64,000 bases of DNA from the NCBI GenBank assembly GCA_030141605.1, contig JAQGDQ010000073.1, positions 124,001-188,000 of the forward strand. The letters run 5' to 3'. Position numbers and translations under genes: made by a program. Under the pieces are notes generated by a model. That model searched no databases. It was given only the letters and a program-made list of their open reading frames with translations, and had not been told where the DNA came from. Numbering within the stretch: the stretch's first letter is position 1; every line of letters starts with the position of its first letter. This stretch comes from Tubiluchus corallicola (lineage: Eukaryota > Animalia > Priapulida). Shown one piece after another: positions 50,959 through 64,000 of the stretch.

Positions 50959-53845
50959 TGCTTTGTGTACGGAAAACGATGGAACGTGGCAACGTATGAA
51001 TGAAAATAAAATTATTTTTGCATAGCTCTATGTATTTATCTTGGGTGTTAATGGACAATGGTACACATGTGATATTTTTCAGGGTCTTTATGTTTGATTA
51101 CAGCTTCATGCCCTCTTAGCACTTCAAATAAAAGTAAAAACAAATATGGCAGCATATAATTTAAAAAAAGCTAGTATGAGAAAATAGATGGGTACAAAAA
51201 CCCCGAAATTGAATTTCTGGGGTATTTTTCAAATATTCTCAGACTTTTGCTAGTTGTGTAACCATAGGTCCATGTATCAATGTTTTTTTATCACCACCTG
51301 CTGTTGTTTTCTGATGCTCACAATAATGGCACCTTTTAGCGGCAATCATTCCCAATGTATGTGCCTTGCAAGTTCACGTATAAATTTTGAAATATTTGGT
51401 ACTCATTTATTTAATCAAACAGTTGATTTCATTACGCAGACTAAAGTCGTATGTGATGCAATTTGCATTCCTCAAGCCAAAGAACAAAAGGATTTATATT
51501 TATATGTTACAAAATTTATATCTTTATATAATAATTGTATGTATGTACAATAATATATAGTATTGTTTTACGCAGAAAGGTTTTGCCTCACAGGAAAAAT
51601 TGTATTATATTATACAAATGTACGTACTAGATAACTGTTGGCACTACTCAGTCTTTTGAAGTAGTTCTTACCAATGTAATTTATTTTGTCTTTGTAATTT
51701 AGTAACTTTTTAAATGGTCTTATTGCAAGATGTCTGATTTACAGTGTTCTTTCAGTTTTCAGTGCAATTCCTTTATTTAGGTCATTCCCATTGAGTATGA
51801 CATAAGTTTGTGATTTTATATTTAGTAAATATATTGTATGTGTTATATTAACAATTGATATTTTATGGTAGCAAATCACAATTTTAGGTGTATTACGTGT
51901 GTTTGTTTTAATTTAATAATTAAATTTCCTTTATCTTTAATTTTCAAAAAATTTATGTTTAAATTTATTCTTTGTTTGCTTGGAAGTGAGTGTATAAATT
52001 CTTGCATAATTTCTGTGATGTTTGTGCTTAAAACTCTGACAGTTTACACCATCATTATAATTACAGTAAGCGAGAGGGCTCCTTAAGCCATGAATAGGCA
52101 AAGTGTTGTTTAATACAAGTTGATAGTTTGAAATTTCAATTTAGCAAAAACGTTTATTATTTAGCACGTCAGATTCTTAATCAAAACATACTTTACTATA
52201 AGTTTTCCAAAATTCCAATGGAATGTAGGCATTAGTAATTTCTAATGTGGTTTATTGTGAATTCGAATGTGACAGAGTATTTTAAATGTAGACAATATTA
52301 ATTTCAATTGTTGCATGAGACATTGTCAGTTCAAATGTAGCAGCAACTTAAGCAGCATTCAACCATATGAAAAAGTTCTAACCAAACCCTAAATTATAAC
52401 ACTAAAAACATGTACGCTTTTTATATCGTACTTACTGTGTATATAGCTTTAATTGTCTACTCCATTTTCCATGCAATGGAATCAAAAAATGGCTGATGTA
52501 TCCCTTTGTCACTTATCCATGAAAAACGGCAATTTATGCTGCATAAAAAATCTTTTTGATATTTGGTATTTATGTCATTTACATAGGTATGATTGCAAAA
52601 ATATGCCAGCGAGCGACTCATTTCTTTGTGAACTTATTTAATTTTTTTATTTCTGAGAATGAAAAACAATAAGAATTAGAAAAATAATCATCTTAGGAAA
52701 ATTAGGTAAAAAAGCATTAAAAAACACACATTTATATATACTTACGATAAATAAGTCTAGTGAATCTATCTGTCATTTCTTGACACTCTGTCTTGTAGAA
52801 ATGCTACATTTTATCACTTTCATTGCCGCATTTAAAGTGTTTTTGTCACATTCGATTGTAAAATTCTATAGAATATTACAGATTTTTAGTGAAGCTTTTT
52901 GCTGTATTAAAGAGATAGTAAAGATGAATGTAGATGATTAACAAAACATGGTATTTTTGTGATACGTTAGTGTTATGCACCAAATTCCAGGGAAAATTTT
53001 CAGTATTAGAATTTTTCTATCGGTTTTTCTATTTTACGTCAAATTTCTCACATCTTATGTGATTATAACTTTAAAAAGTTATTTTAATATTCAGCATTTG
53101 TGTTTTATTCAATAACTATAACAAAAAGTTACTTTATATTTAATAATCCCACCAAAGACTGAATATTTAATGTATAATAGTAGGTTAATCAGACAACTAA
53201 CATAATGAGACAATATAATAAGGCTGTTTCAGACAAATACAATAAAATTTTCTTGCATAGGTAATTTATCTACGATTCTTAGTACTGATTATAAACTAAA
53301 ATTTGGCTAAGGAAAAGCTACTGGGGAAGTTATTGTAATTCTGCAAATCTATAATATAAATACAAATACTATTTGCTTAACTGATGTGACCAACTCTGGT
53401 CTTGTTAATTCATGCTAGACCTCAAAATTAAATGGGCTTTTTTGTCACTTATACTGTTTGATTAGTTATCACTCAGAAAGATTGGAGTTATACAGATTTA
53501 TGTTCTATTCTTTGTACATTCCTTTATTTTACCATTTTGAATAATTTACCTCAGTGTGCATGTTTTTAGTCTACAGATTTAATTTTATCTTACATATTGC
53601 TATGGCCACCATTTTATTATACAAAATCGTTTGGATATGTAAGTGTATTTCATTATACATGTATATTGTATGATATCTTGCTGATTAAATGTGCTGCATT
53701 TAGTTTACTTTATTTCTTTTATTTGGACTTAATATTTTACCTTGGAGAAACCTTAAATCTATTAGGTTTTACATTTTCGTTTCAAATGTATAGTTTGTAC
53801 AAATTGGCAAAGTCCTATGTTTTTTCGAAAATAATGTTATTGCTA

Positions 53846-54238
53846 CCATATTGAATTAAAATGGCTGATTGATAATCCGACTCTGTCAATTAATCCGGAG
53901 TTCGTTCTAATATACTCCTGTACAGTTTCGTGACGATCCACTGCCAATTTGTAGAGTCTTAGGCTTTTCAAAACTGATGTCATTACCGCCATCTTGAATT
54001 GAAAATGGCCGATCGAAAATCTAACTTAGACGATATGGAATTTGTTCTATTTTGCTCATGTTAAGTTTCACATGCGATGGGCAATGTAAAAAATAAAATT
54101 CTGTTGTTTCCTATTCTATTCTCGATGATTCACTGCAAACTCAAGGATCCTTAGGCTTTTTTTCAAAAAAGTCATCTACCAAGAACAAGACCAAGACAAA
54201 CAGGAATAGCAATTTGGGTCATGTAACTTGACCAAAAA
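53846..54238 (+). repeat. Two ~143-bp tandem units plus terminal palindrome (Helentron/HINE-like relic)
   Basis: Units begin CCATATTGAATTAAAATGGC (53846) and CCATCTTGAATTGAAAATGGC (53989). Both contain AGTTTC...GA[CT]GAT[CT]CACTGC...CTTAGGCTTTT. The region ends in the hairpin GGTCA-TGTAACT-TGACC followed by an A run. Confidence 0.55.
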
Positions 54239-54824
54239 CAGTGGTAGTGTTTACTGTTTTTGTTGTATACACAATTCTGCCCTATAACTATTCTGTTATG
54301 CACCAGACATCAGAATTATGTATAGTTGTTACCGTTTACACTGTCAAAGGTTTTGAGTAATCAATATAATTCCTTAATTATTGGAGCTTGTTAACTTAAA
54401 CCCAGTTTTGTCGAAAAATTTTAGCTGAAGAGTGCTAAATTAACATAGCTAAGATTAACATTCTAAGTATAACAAAAATACTTAGACAATAGCTGCAACT
54501 GACCAACAATAGAAAGCAATAAAAACCAAGATAACCACAGTAAGAAAGGCATAGGCTCTGTGAAGATGTTAACCTCAAACTACAGACATGTGTTTGGCTA
54601 TAGAGAGCAAAAGAAATATAGAATGAAGTAACTAAACGTTTGGGCATGTCACATGGAACTTTTCACCCACAGCTCGCTAGAAGCTGTAGAAACTTGAAGA
54701 AATGAAAAATGATGTGCAGCTTGCTGGACCAGTTAGAACCTTTCCTAGCAACTGTCAGCTTGTGGCTGACAAAGGGTGAGCTGCCAGGACGACCACCACA
54801 GGCCTGTAAAACAAGCGATACCGC

Positions 54825-55580
54825 ATGTGCGAATACACCATAATCCATCAAAGAAAAGCATACAAAACGGTGATAAAATTAACCTCAACATACAAGATCG
54901 TGATGAACACGGGGCAACAGTGTACTGTTGACAAGATGCCAACACTGACTGGAACTTATTTGCATGGCCCAATTATGGTGAAGGCTGGTTTCCAGATTGG
55001 CCAGATTTACCACATCTAACATTAAAGCAGAATGTACATGAATAATTTAGAAAATATAAGACGCCTGAGCTTCAAGGAAGCCTAAATCGATAATAAAGTT
55101 TAAATGTGTTACCATCTCTTGTTATATGTGCCCCTTCCATTTGCCTAGGGAAGCACCTTGCAATTATATTAATGTTCATCTAGTAATTAAGATAACACCT
55201 GAGGATAAGAAAAAACCTAATTTCATCGGTGCACTATACCCACCTCTAACTGTTTCAGAAGGTACACTTCCTGGAATGAAGTTGTTCAGCGTGAGCGCAG
55301 TAGACGAGGCTGATGTTTATGAATACGCAAAGAAATTTACAATATGTATTACTCCAAATATGCCTTCACCTGTAGATGCTGAACAGTGTCACGGTTACGA
55401 AAATTTTTACAGTATAGCAAACGACAGGTCTGCTGATATTTATCTAAACCAGCAACAACACTACAAGACAAAACATGAGTTAACCACGACACCTGTAGCA
55501 ATATGCCACCTCTACTAATTTAAAGTTAAAGACACTATAGCAAACGTTTCCTTACAAACTTGCATAATACGCCAAAAATT
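54825..55580 (+). pseudogene. Cadherin-repeat-like coding relic
   Basis: ITPEDKKKPNFIGALYPPLTVSEGTLPGMKLFSVSAVDEAD...YSIANDRSADIYLNQQQHYKT...LY*FKVKD follows the cadherin ectodomain motif order. In-frame TAA at 55516-55518. A weaker, broken repeat lies upstream. Confidence 0.55.
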
Positions 55581-56474
55581 CGAGGCAAATTTTTTTGCTC
55601 TTTTATTTACTTAATTCACATTTCTAAAGAACAGGCTGTCTGTCCGAAGTCGTTTACGACTAAATCGACTCACTTGAAAACTACCAAGCTTCATTAACGA
55701 AGCAACTCATACAAAATGAAATAATCATAACAACATAAGCATCATCTCTATTTAAACTGTGAGCTTACTTTTTCAATAGGCTCAATACTCAGCAAGATCT
55801 AAGCAACTTCATGTACTGTATTAATTACTGATGTACATAAAACACATTAACAAATTCCTCCTGATACTGCAGTGGAAATTAATTCCAGCAGTGTTAAACT
55901 CATTAAAATTACATTGTTACAAACGAGTGTTATTACCAATAAACCTTTTAAATGAAAACTTATTGCAACAACACAATTAACTGGTAAATTCAAAAATTCA
56001 ATTTCTTGAATGCAAGTGGAAGATAGCGAGTCGCGTGAAAGTAGGAAAGTGGAGGATGACAAATACAGCTTTTAGGATACAGTGTGAAACCATTAATTTT
56101 TGTGAGTTTAGAAGCCATGTGCAAAACAGAAAGAAAAAGTTTTCTTGGCCATCTGGTCTTGTGTCAGATTCATTTCCACAGAATTTAATAAGAAACAATG
56201 TTTAAGACTCTTTAAACTGTCAAATTTTGAGTAAAACCAACACATTCTTGGACATAATTAACACCACGGGTGCACAAATGCTTTGATAAATGGGAATGGA
56301 ATCCATATATAGAAAGCTGTTGTTTGATCCTCACCAATGTTATTTTGTTGGACAGTAATGAAACCGTAGGTACTTTTGAAAGCCACATGGCCTTACTGTT
56401 TTGTTATTTCCCCAAATCCCCAAAGAATTTTGATTTTTTTGCATTGTGGAGAAATTACTAAAACTTTGTGGTGC

Positions 56475-59400
56475 TTAATGCTGTTCTTTCAATGCTGCAG
56501 CTCCAGAAATGATTTCGATGAGTTCCCTAGTGATAACAGCTTGTCTTGTGCGATTAAACGTCAGTGTCAGTTTATCGATCATTTCACCTGCAAAAGAAGT
56601 CAAAGATCAATTACAGACTTTCCAGTAAGCAGAGATGCCAAAGGGTAAAGACTTCACAATTATTCGGCTATGGGGGTTGCACGTTGCCAGCTGATGCGTT
56701 GCCAGCTCCTATGATTGAGGGTATTTTGGAAGCCCAAAATGCAAACCAAATTAGAGAATTACAATCTTCTTTAACGTGTTATGCTACTTATACATTTAAC
56801 ATTGATGAGGTTCAAATTTTGATTTGAGCTGTGAAACATATAACCTTAGGTTTGGAGTTACTGAGCAATTTTCGAACGATAATAACATTTTTGTAGTATT
56901 ACTACTGTAATGCACAAAAACAATTCAGATAAAGCTACATTAACCTATTTTGGGCCTACAACTTCTCAAGTAGTAGGAGGACATGCATAACTCAAGGCTT
57001 TTAACGCAAATGAATGAAATGTTTGTAATTTTTGAGGTTATCCACGCCTGTTGCACAACCACTGAGCGAAATGAACAGTAGTTGGTTTCAGTTTTCTTTT
57101 TCTTTCAAACCTCCCATTAAATCAGACAGCATATGTGGTCTGCTCAGACTCAAAACTATTATAGGTAAAGTGCAAGGAACAAACTCTGTCACGCTGACTC
57201 ATCAATCACATCTAAGAACTCAGTGTTAGAAGCTTTTATTGAGTGGCTCAAGGCAACCTGACAGTGAGATACAGCCAAGCCTGGTTATACTGCCCCCTAT
57301 TATAATGCCAGCCTCGTCATAATGCCAACTTTTGCTCTGTTCCAATTTCCATAATGTATTAAATATGGGGAATACTGCCAACCTCGTCTACCGCCATCCA
57401 CCAACACATTTGCCTGGCCAAAAGTCCATTTTACATAAGAAATTAACCCCGTTATAACGCAATTAATTACTACCTCAAAAACATCTGTATTGCAAACAAT
57501 GACCTTTTAACATGAAACAATGGCCTTTTGAAATTTAATGATTTAAATCTTGTAGCAAGTGACTGTAGGAAAGCAAATTAATATAGAAATTTTAACCCGA
57601 CTATAGGTGCACCGACGAGCACACATTTTGTAGCCACTGTACAGTGTAAATTAGAGTTGATATGAAACGTGTTGAATATTCTGCTGTGCAAAACAAGCAA
57701 ATCTGTGAATTTGCCCATGAAAACAAGAGCAAGAGTTGCCAATACATTGCAAACTATTTTTCTGCTAAGTGGGATAAAGAGGTTAAATGAAAGACAAGGT
57801 TAAAGGTTTTTTCAAATCGAGTAACGCTATAGATATAAAATGTGATTATAGGGAATTTACTATAAAAAGTTCCAGGCATTTGTCTATTTTTTACACAATT
57901 TTTTTTTACACTTTTTAAAATTGATAGAGCACAGTCAGCATTCTGCAAGTTGCCATCTGATACTCAACTACAGAGGCTCAAGTCTAGTTAATGTTGATAA
58001 TCTCTAATCTCACTCTAAAGTGAGACACTGAACCAGCAGCAGTGTTTATATACGTTAATTACAGTTAGTAGTTGGCAGAGTTGTGCCAACTATATGAAAA
58101 TGTCCATAGTTAGTTTTTGTAATAGTCAGCCATCTACTTACTAACTATTTTTGGTGTTGTTTAACTTCAAAGCAACTCAAGCAAGCACATACTGTGATCA
58201 TTCAGCTATATCTCTCTAGTACTGAAAAAAACTAACAGTACTCTAAAAATAATTTAATGGTTATAGCCCCTAATTATTTCTCAAAATTTACAGCATGAAC
58301 TGATGCAAATTTGCACTTTTGTACACAAGCCGGTGTTTACTGCTTTACTCAAGGTCAAGCTATGTTAAGATAGGTAAATTCATACATGTCCAAAGAGGCG
58401 GCTGCATATTTTTGTTATCAGCAGTTCACTAATTGCCAGCATTTAATGAGCGGTTACACAAAGTTGTACGAAAAATAAATATAGTCAATATTGGCGAACA
58501 TCGCCTTACCGCCAGAAATCACACTCAGTGGTGTCCCAGACCTGACATTGTAATGATGTTTGTCTGTACTTACAAAGCACCCAATGATCAAAAATTTAAC
58601 CACATTACTGTAATAAAGTACTGACTGCAATAACAAATACAAGATACCAGTGATGGAACTCTGAAACTTTCACATGCTGCACCTCGTTACTAATATTTTT
58701 TCATATATCGCTCTATAGTACATTAAAGTAGATGTGGACAAAGCAATGATTTAAACTTAACATTAAAAAGTCTTCAGCGCTGCTTTAGTCATTTGCCGAA
58801 GAATGCCTTGTTTGCGTGTCAAGTGTACTGTTGAAATTACTGTAAGAAACATACCAGCATTTTTTGTGGCAGCATCCATGGCGGTCATTCGGCTGCTTTG
58901 CTCACTGGTTGAATTTTCTTTCATTGCATAAAACATTAAACTTGCTAAACTGAATTCGTGATAACTCCGGAGGACCTCCCCATCCAAGGAGTCATAGGCA
59001 GTCAGCCCTGGAGCATTGCTCACCGTCTCCAAAGAATAAATAGGCTGTTGAATTGGTGTAAACGAGACAACTGACCTGCAAATGAAATTATTCATTCGCA
59101 ATTGAATTTTTGGTTGAACAGGAATATGCATGCTACGTGTTTCCATATTAATAGCAATAGCAGAAATCAAGTTTTACAAACTCACTTTGAAAAGAACTCG
59201 AAGTACAAAAATGATGCTTTCGAAAGTGCGTGGTTTTGTGCTACAAAAAGACACAATCAGAAACGCAAATGGACCAACATTGTTTGTTTTCATTAAGATG
59301 ACTATTATGGCTCTCACACTAACAGGAATCCAGACAAGACGAAGAGTCTACTAGCACATAAAACTAAGAATACGCATTAGCCGCAGTCTTAGTACTGACC

Positions 59401-62400
59401 TAGTGAAAAGAGCTCATCCGTTATTCCTGGGCATTCTTGACTTGCACTGGATAAGTCCAGTAGGGAAAAACAAGTAAGCGGCGATGATTTAATTAGAAAT
59501 TCTCACCACATTTAGGAAATAAAAGTTATAGCAGATCAGTATTTTGTTTACTACTATACTAGTACAATAGGCGCCGCTTAATAGACTCAATCGCTTAATT
59601 GACTCAAAAGCGCATGGAACAGGCCGCTTCTATTCAAGTATACATAAAAATTATCGGTAATTGACTCAAATAACTCTGCATAATTGACTCAATATTTTTC
59701 CTTCACCTACTTAAAATAAGATACATATATGTGCCCAAAGAGCCTTTCCTACTTTTATGTCATCTTTACTTCCCTTTTGTGCACTATGTATGCAGAAACA
59801 ATCATGTACCATTTTGTTTGTAAGGCGGTACGTTTATCATACGCTAATACGCTAGCATAGTGGTTTTGCTTTGAATCTGTTACCCGCTCGCTCACTGTTA
59901 CCCAAAAAACTTCAGGAAGCTAAACATTTAATCACTTGCCTAGCAGTTTCCTTTTGATGCTCTCGTTGCAAATCACACTTTCAGGTTTAGTCAATTAACA
60001 GTCAAAGATGCAGGTACAGTAATCGGCCGGTATTCCTTGTGACTTACAAGACTAAATATCGTACAGCAAATAAAAGCAATGTAAGTGAGCAGACGATTCA
60101 GAACTGTTTTAGTCACGAACAACAACAGATTTTCAACATTTTTAAAATTACGAGAACTTTGTGGGCCAACTTCTTTGCGAGAAAATGAAGCAGCCGATTT
60201 TGAAGGAATTTTTGTAATTTTTGCAAATAAAGAGACTTAGAAAAGTCTGTGATTTAGAAAAGTATACTTTTTAATTTGTTGCTAACTGACTTATATAAAT
60301 TAATATTTTAAAATATTTTTTCTAATTTTTGACTGCACAAAGGAATTTAAGGATTAGTTCATTTCTAAACTTCATTAAAAACCTTTGCAGTGCATCGTAA
60401 GCTGATGACTCATACTTCTATACTTGTAATACTACACCCATCGGTTAATAGGTTCAGTCGGTTAATTGGGTCTAAACACGTCGGTCCCAAAGTGAGTCTC
60501 TTAAGCGATGCCTACTATAGTATACCAATTAAACTACTGATGAGCATGCGCTTGCTACTTACTTGAATCGATTAAAATGCAATATTCCAGTTTCAAATTC
60601 ATATCCGGTGTCCATTATTGACTGAGTGATGTAAGCTGCATCCATAAACGTTGGTGGCTTCTTCCCGACGTTCACAAAACTCATCAGAATGTGATCTTTG
60701 TACTGCCTAAAACAAAAAAATTATTTATTATGTAACATTATTGAGCACTACTAGCATGTCACTAATGTTAATATTTTTTGCTCTATTCATCAAGTAAAGA
60801 ATCATATTGCAATACGCCAAAAAAGGAAGATGTAGATCAATTTTTTATTTATCGAGGATTCAGAATAAGACTTAAGTTACAAAGTTGTCTGACAACTAGC
60901 CTAGTTTTAATTATTGTTGAAGGATAATTTCATGCATTGCTATTTTTGTATGCTTGAATATATGGACATAGATAGCATATTTTTAATAATTTTAATTCCC
61001 TACTTGGAGGAAGAAAAAACCATTAAGACTGATATAAAATTTTTTTGATGATATTCAAGTGTTAGGTATGCAGAAAAAATATATATTGCATACATTATAT
61101 AGTCTCCAAGTATGGGACGCAACAAGTGTATTTCGTGTACTAAACAAAACGCTAAGAGATGCTGGTGATTTCTACTGTAATAACTGCTTTAGCAAGGAAG
61201 GTTTAGTCACCGGCAGTTTACTTATGATGATGGTTACAACGACAGTGACAATTCATTTGTTTTGTTGCATACTTGTGTTCACACACATGATGAACTGCTT
61301 CCGTTTGCAAATATTTCATTAGCGAATCTTTTTGCTATTCAATTTCCGCCAGGTTTTCTATCAATATTATACTTGTAAAAGCTTTGATTTTTATGTGCTT
61401 ATCTGCCAAAATTGGATAAATGCTATTGCAAGAAGCTTTTTTATTAATGTAAGGAGTCATTACCTTTTCTGTTCTTCTATGTATATAACATTAACTGGGC
61501 AAAAGCAGGGTAATGAGTCAGTAACATATGCATGAATGCATGAAAGGAGCCAGGTAAAGCAAAAACCATGTTTTGCTGAGGTAAGAGAGCTTTCTATTAG
61601 TGTGTATGAATGATACATTTTGGCAGGAAAATAACGCAAATAGATCGTGCTGTGCGCTTACACATAGTGTAAAGACTATAGGCATTACACATGCTATATT
61701 ATTACTTGTGCTAAATATAAACTTCAGGAATTTGGCACCCCAAAATTTGACATCCTGCATAACTGTTTATTTGCCTAGTGGCAGAGCCACCCCTGAAGCC
61801 AAGATTTGCTGAACAGGTATTATACCTGCAATTAAATCTAATCTACAAACATTCAAAATTTTTCAGACTTTATAGTAATTTACCTTTCTAATATTCCTCT
61901 GGATTTGTCACCAACTGGGATAACTTTTGCTTCAATACTAGGTGCTTTTTCTGCCAGATCAGCCTTGATTACCTTAGCTATACCAGAATGTATACCACCA
62001 CAGAGACCTCTATCAGATGAAATTGCAATTATCAGTTGTTTTGTTGTCTCACCTTCCGGATGGATTTCTGCTTTTTTGTAAAAATCTGAAAAAACTTTAT
62101 GTATTACCAACAGAAGATACACAAGAAAATCTTATTAACCATACAGCGCTATCTCCCTTCATCTACGTACATACTTTTTTAATTAATTAATTTATTGATT
62201 AGTTTTATGGATACAAAACTGTGTGAGAATTTATAGAGCCCTGATAAAGATGCTTGGAAGGTGACTTTGCTACAAAAAAGGATCAACGACATTATAAACA
62301 TGACACAGTAGTCTGACGATGAGAAAATCTGACTTTAATTAAAAAAGAAAACACCCAAGCTAGGAGAGACATAATAAATAATTTTTGTTTTCTGATGTTG

Positions 62401-63984
62401 TGATGACAAGACATTGCAGACAAAATCTTTAGACAAAAAAAAACATTTGTCTATTTTGTAGAATTTCAGGCAGTTTTCTTGCCACCTTCAGCCTAGTCTG
62501 ATCTAAAAATATTTTTTTGTGTAAACCAGTAGGTGACTACATAGATGCTATCAATTAACGATGCTTCACTGAAGTGAACTGTCATAATTTTCATTAAACT
62601 TTTTATGATAGCTATAGGTACCTGCAAGCTCGAGCTTGTTGTATTTATGGATGTTTTTAAAAACTGTATTATTTATCACTTACAAATTATTGCATACTGC
62701 AGTCAGCATCAGCTTCAATTGCTGTTACACTAATGTCTTGTGTTTTACTGTCGAACTAAGAAACCACAGACTAGAGAAAGATCTTCAAAAAATGATTAGG
62801 ACAGGGTTGTTTTTTACTGCAGAGGTAATAAAAGTTTTACACTGTTTAAAATCACAAAACTGACCTGCAGCACCTAATCCGTAAGGTCTAGCTGGTCGCA
62901 GCTCCCTTTCAGCTCGAGCAAACTTTGCTGCACTAACCATCTTCATAGACTTTGTGATCTTTTGAATATTCTTGATCGATTTCAGTCGTATTGAAACTGA
63001 AAAATGTAAAGAGTTTAATATTGCCATAAACAGTCAACAAATAAATTGATGGAATCGATATGATAACAATAACAATTCATTGTGCACTTTTACTGAATCT
63101 GCTAAATATTTGAACACCAAACGGTAAACCTTACTGATATACTAATAAAGCTCAAATGTCATTTTTGTTAGATGCCATGTTATGGTCTTTATTTTTACCT
63201 GTCACATACATTGCAGATATATAGTTGTGTTGTGACATAGCTCCCCTAATATTTCACCATTTTCTACTGAATTATATGTAAGTTTACAGTTTGCTTTATA
63301 ATAATTAGGTTTTGGCTATGCACTCATGACTCGGTTTGCCAGACAAAAGCGAGGAAACTTCGGTCCAAATATGCCGATTGTCTGTATTTACTGGAACTAA
63401 GATAATACACTAGGCACTGTGTATAAGTATACAGTGTACAACCAAAAGTTCGAAAACGTGTCTTTACATAGTTTGTAACATTGTACACTGGTACCAGGTT
63501 CTTAATAGCAGGCGAATTAATGTGGATGCTCAAAATAACACTAGAACTTAGCTCTTTACCAAGTATAATTAGTAATCCCTAACAAGAGAACCAGTCATAC
63601 TGTAACAGAGTAAATACCAAGACCACTCAAGTTTTTCCCTCGTATCGAAAAGCAGATTTTTTTTGGGACATTACTTATGGAAACGCATAGCACTACATTT
63701 TTTAAATAACAGGTCAAAAGGTGCTTGTGTTTTTGCATCAAGACAGCAATGTATGGAAGCAAGGCAAGAGTTGTTGTTTAACTCTTTGATGGCACTTCAA
63801 GTTGACATTTGTATTCACTTAGCTTATATTTAACTTACAGTTATCAATTTGCAACTTTTTAGAACTTTTCCAATTTATTCCATTAGATCAATTACTGAAT
63901 CAACGAAGGTAATACATAGTCTGCAATTTAACAACAATCATATACTCACTGTCTTTTAAAGTAGCCATCCCACGAACTTGAGTG
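56475..63984 (-). CDS. ATP5F1C: Mitochondrial ATP synthase F1 gamma subunit (5'-partial, first exon outside window)
   Basis: Exons 63984-63950 ([10 protein letters not shown]), 62996-62865 ([23 protein letters not shown]), 62085-61884 ([11 protein letters not shown]), 60706-60563, 59075-58855 ([17 protein letters not shown]), 56587-56475 ([37 protein letters not shown]). Phases are consistent. Confidence 0.97.
57272..57800 (+). mobile_element. Tigger/pogo 5' fragment with transposase N-terminal remnant
   Basis: TA|CAGCCAAGCCTGGTTATACTGCC start. [37 protein letters not shown] (from 57662) resembles the CENP-B-type HTH of Tigger transposases and is followed by a stop. Confidence 0.65.
59565..60517 (+). 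mobile_element. Internally deleted pogo/Tigger-like element
   Basis: TA|CAATAGGCGCCGCTTAA...TTAAGCGATGCCTACTA|TA imperfect TIRs. Internal [11 protein letters not shown] and [10 protein letters not shown] resemble pogo transposase C-terminal motifs. Confidence 0.75.
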
Positions 63985-64000
63985 CTGAAATTACATAAAA

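Noticed and set aside
55847-55945. Minus-strand LTLLELISTAVSGG as the ATP5F1C last exon
   Set aside because: The true terminal exon with [18 protein letters not shown] is at 56587-56475; this similarity is superficial.
58574-58624. 51-nt cassette exon candidate in the last ATP5F1C intron (TTGCAG|...|GTAAGT, minus strand)
   Set aside because: It would introduce a stop after 6 codons. Such splice-like pairs are common by chance and there is no other support.
1-64000. Prokaryote-type systems (CRISPR array, operons, defence islands)
   Set aside because: The DNA is spliceosomal-intron-rich and eukaryotic. The 29-bp array has contiguous units with no unique spacers.

Overview
AT-rich, intron-containing eukaryotic DNA, most consistent with an invertebrate animal (inference from the gene set and repeat types; the species cannot be named). 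Most entries in the ORF track are exon fragments or noise. Five spliced protein-coding genes were assembled by hand with frame-consistent splice sites: TPRKB/CGI-121 (+), MED20 (-), SNRPF/SmF (+), a 21-exon ELAPOR/KIAA1324-family gene (+), and ATP synthase gamma ATP5F1C (-, 5' end outside the window). Introns and intergenic DNA carry many transposon relics: hAT, pogo/Tigger and Ginger-like MITEs, a Helitron-like element, a Penelope-like fragment, RTE-X and CR1/L2-type LINE pieces, P/THAP9-like and piggyBac-like remnants, and a 29-bp minisatellite. I found no convincing new multi-gene system. The best second-look items are a TGTT...AACA element with perfect 38-bp TIRs and a palindromic motif array, a Penelope-like relic with two inverted hammerhead-like cores, an orphan cadherin-repeat relic, a probable GC-AG intron and a 5S-derived segment. 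All family assignments come from recalled motifs, not database searches.
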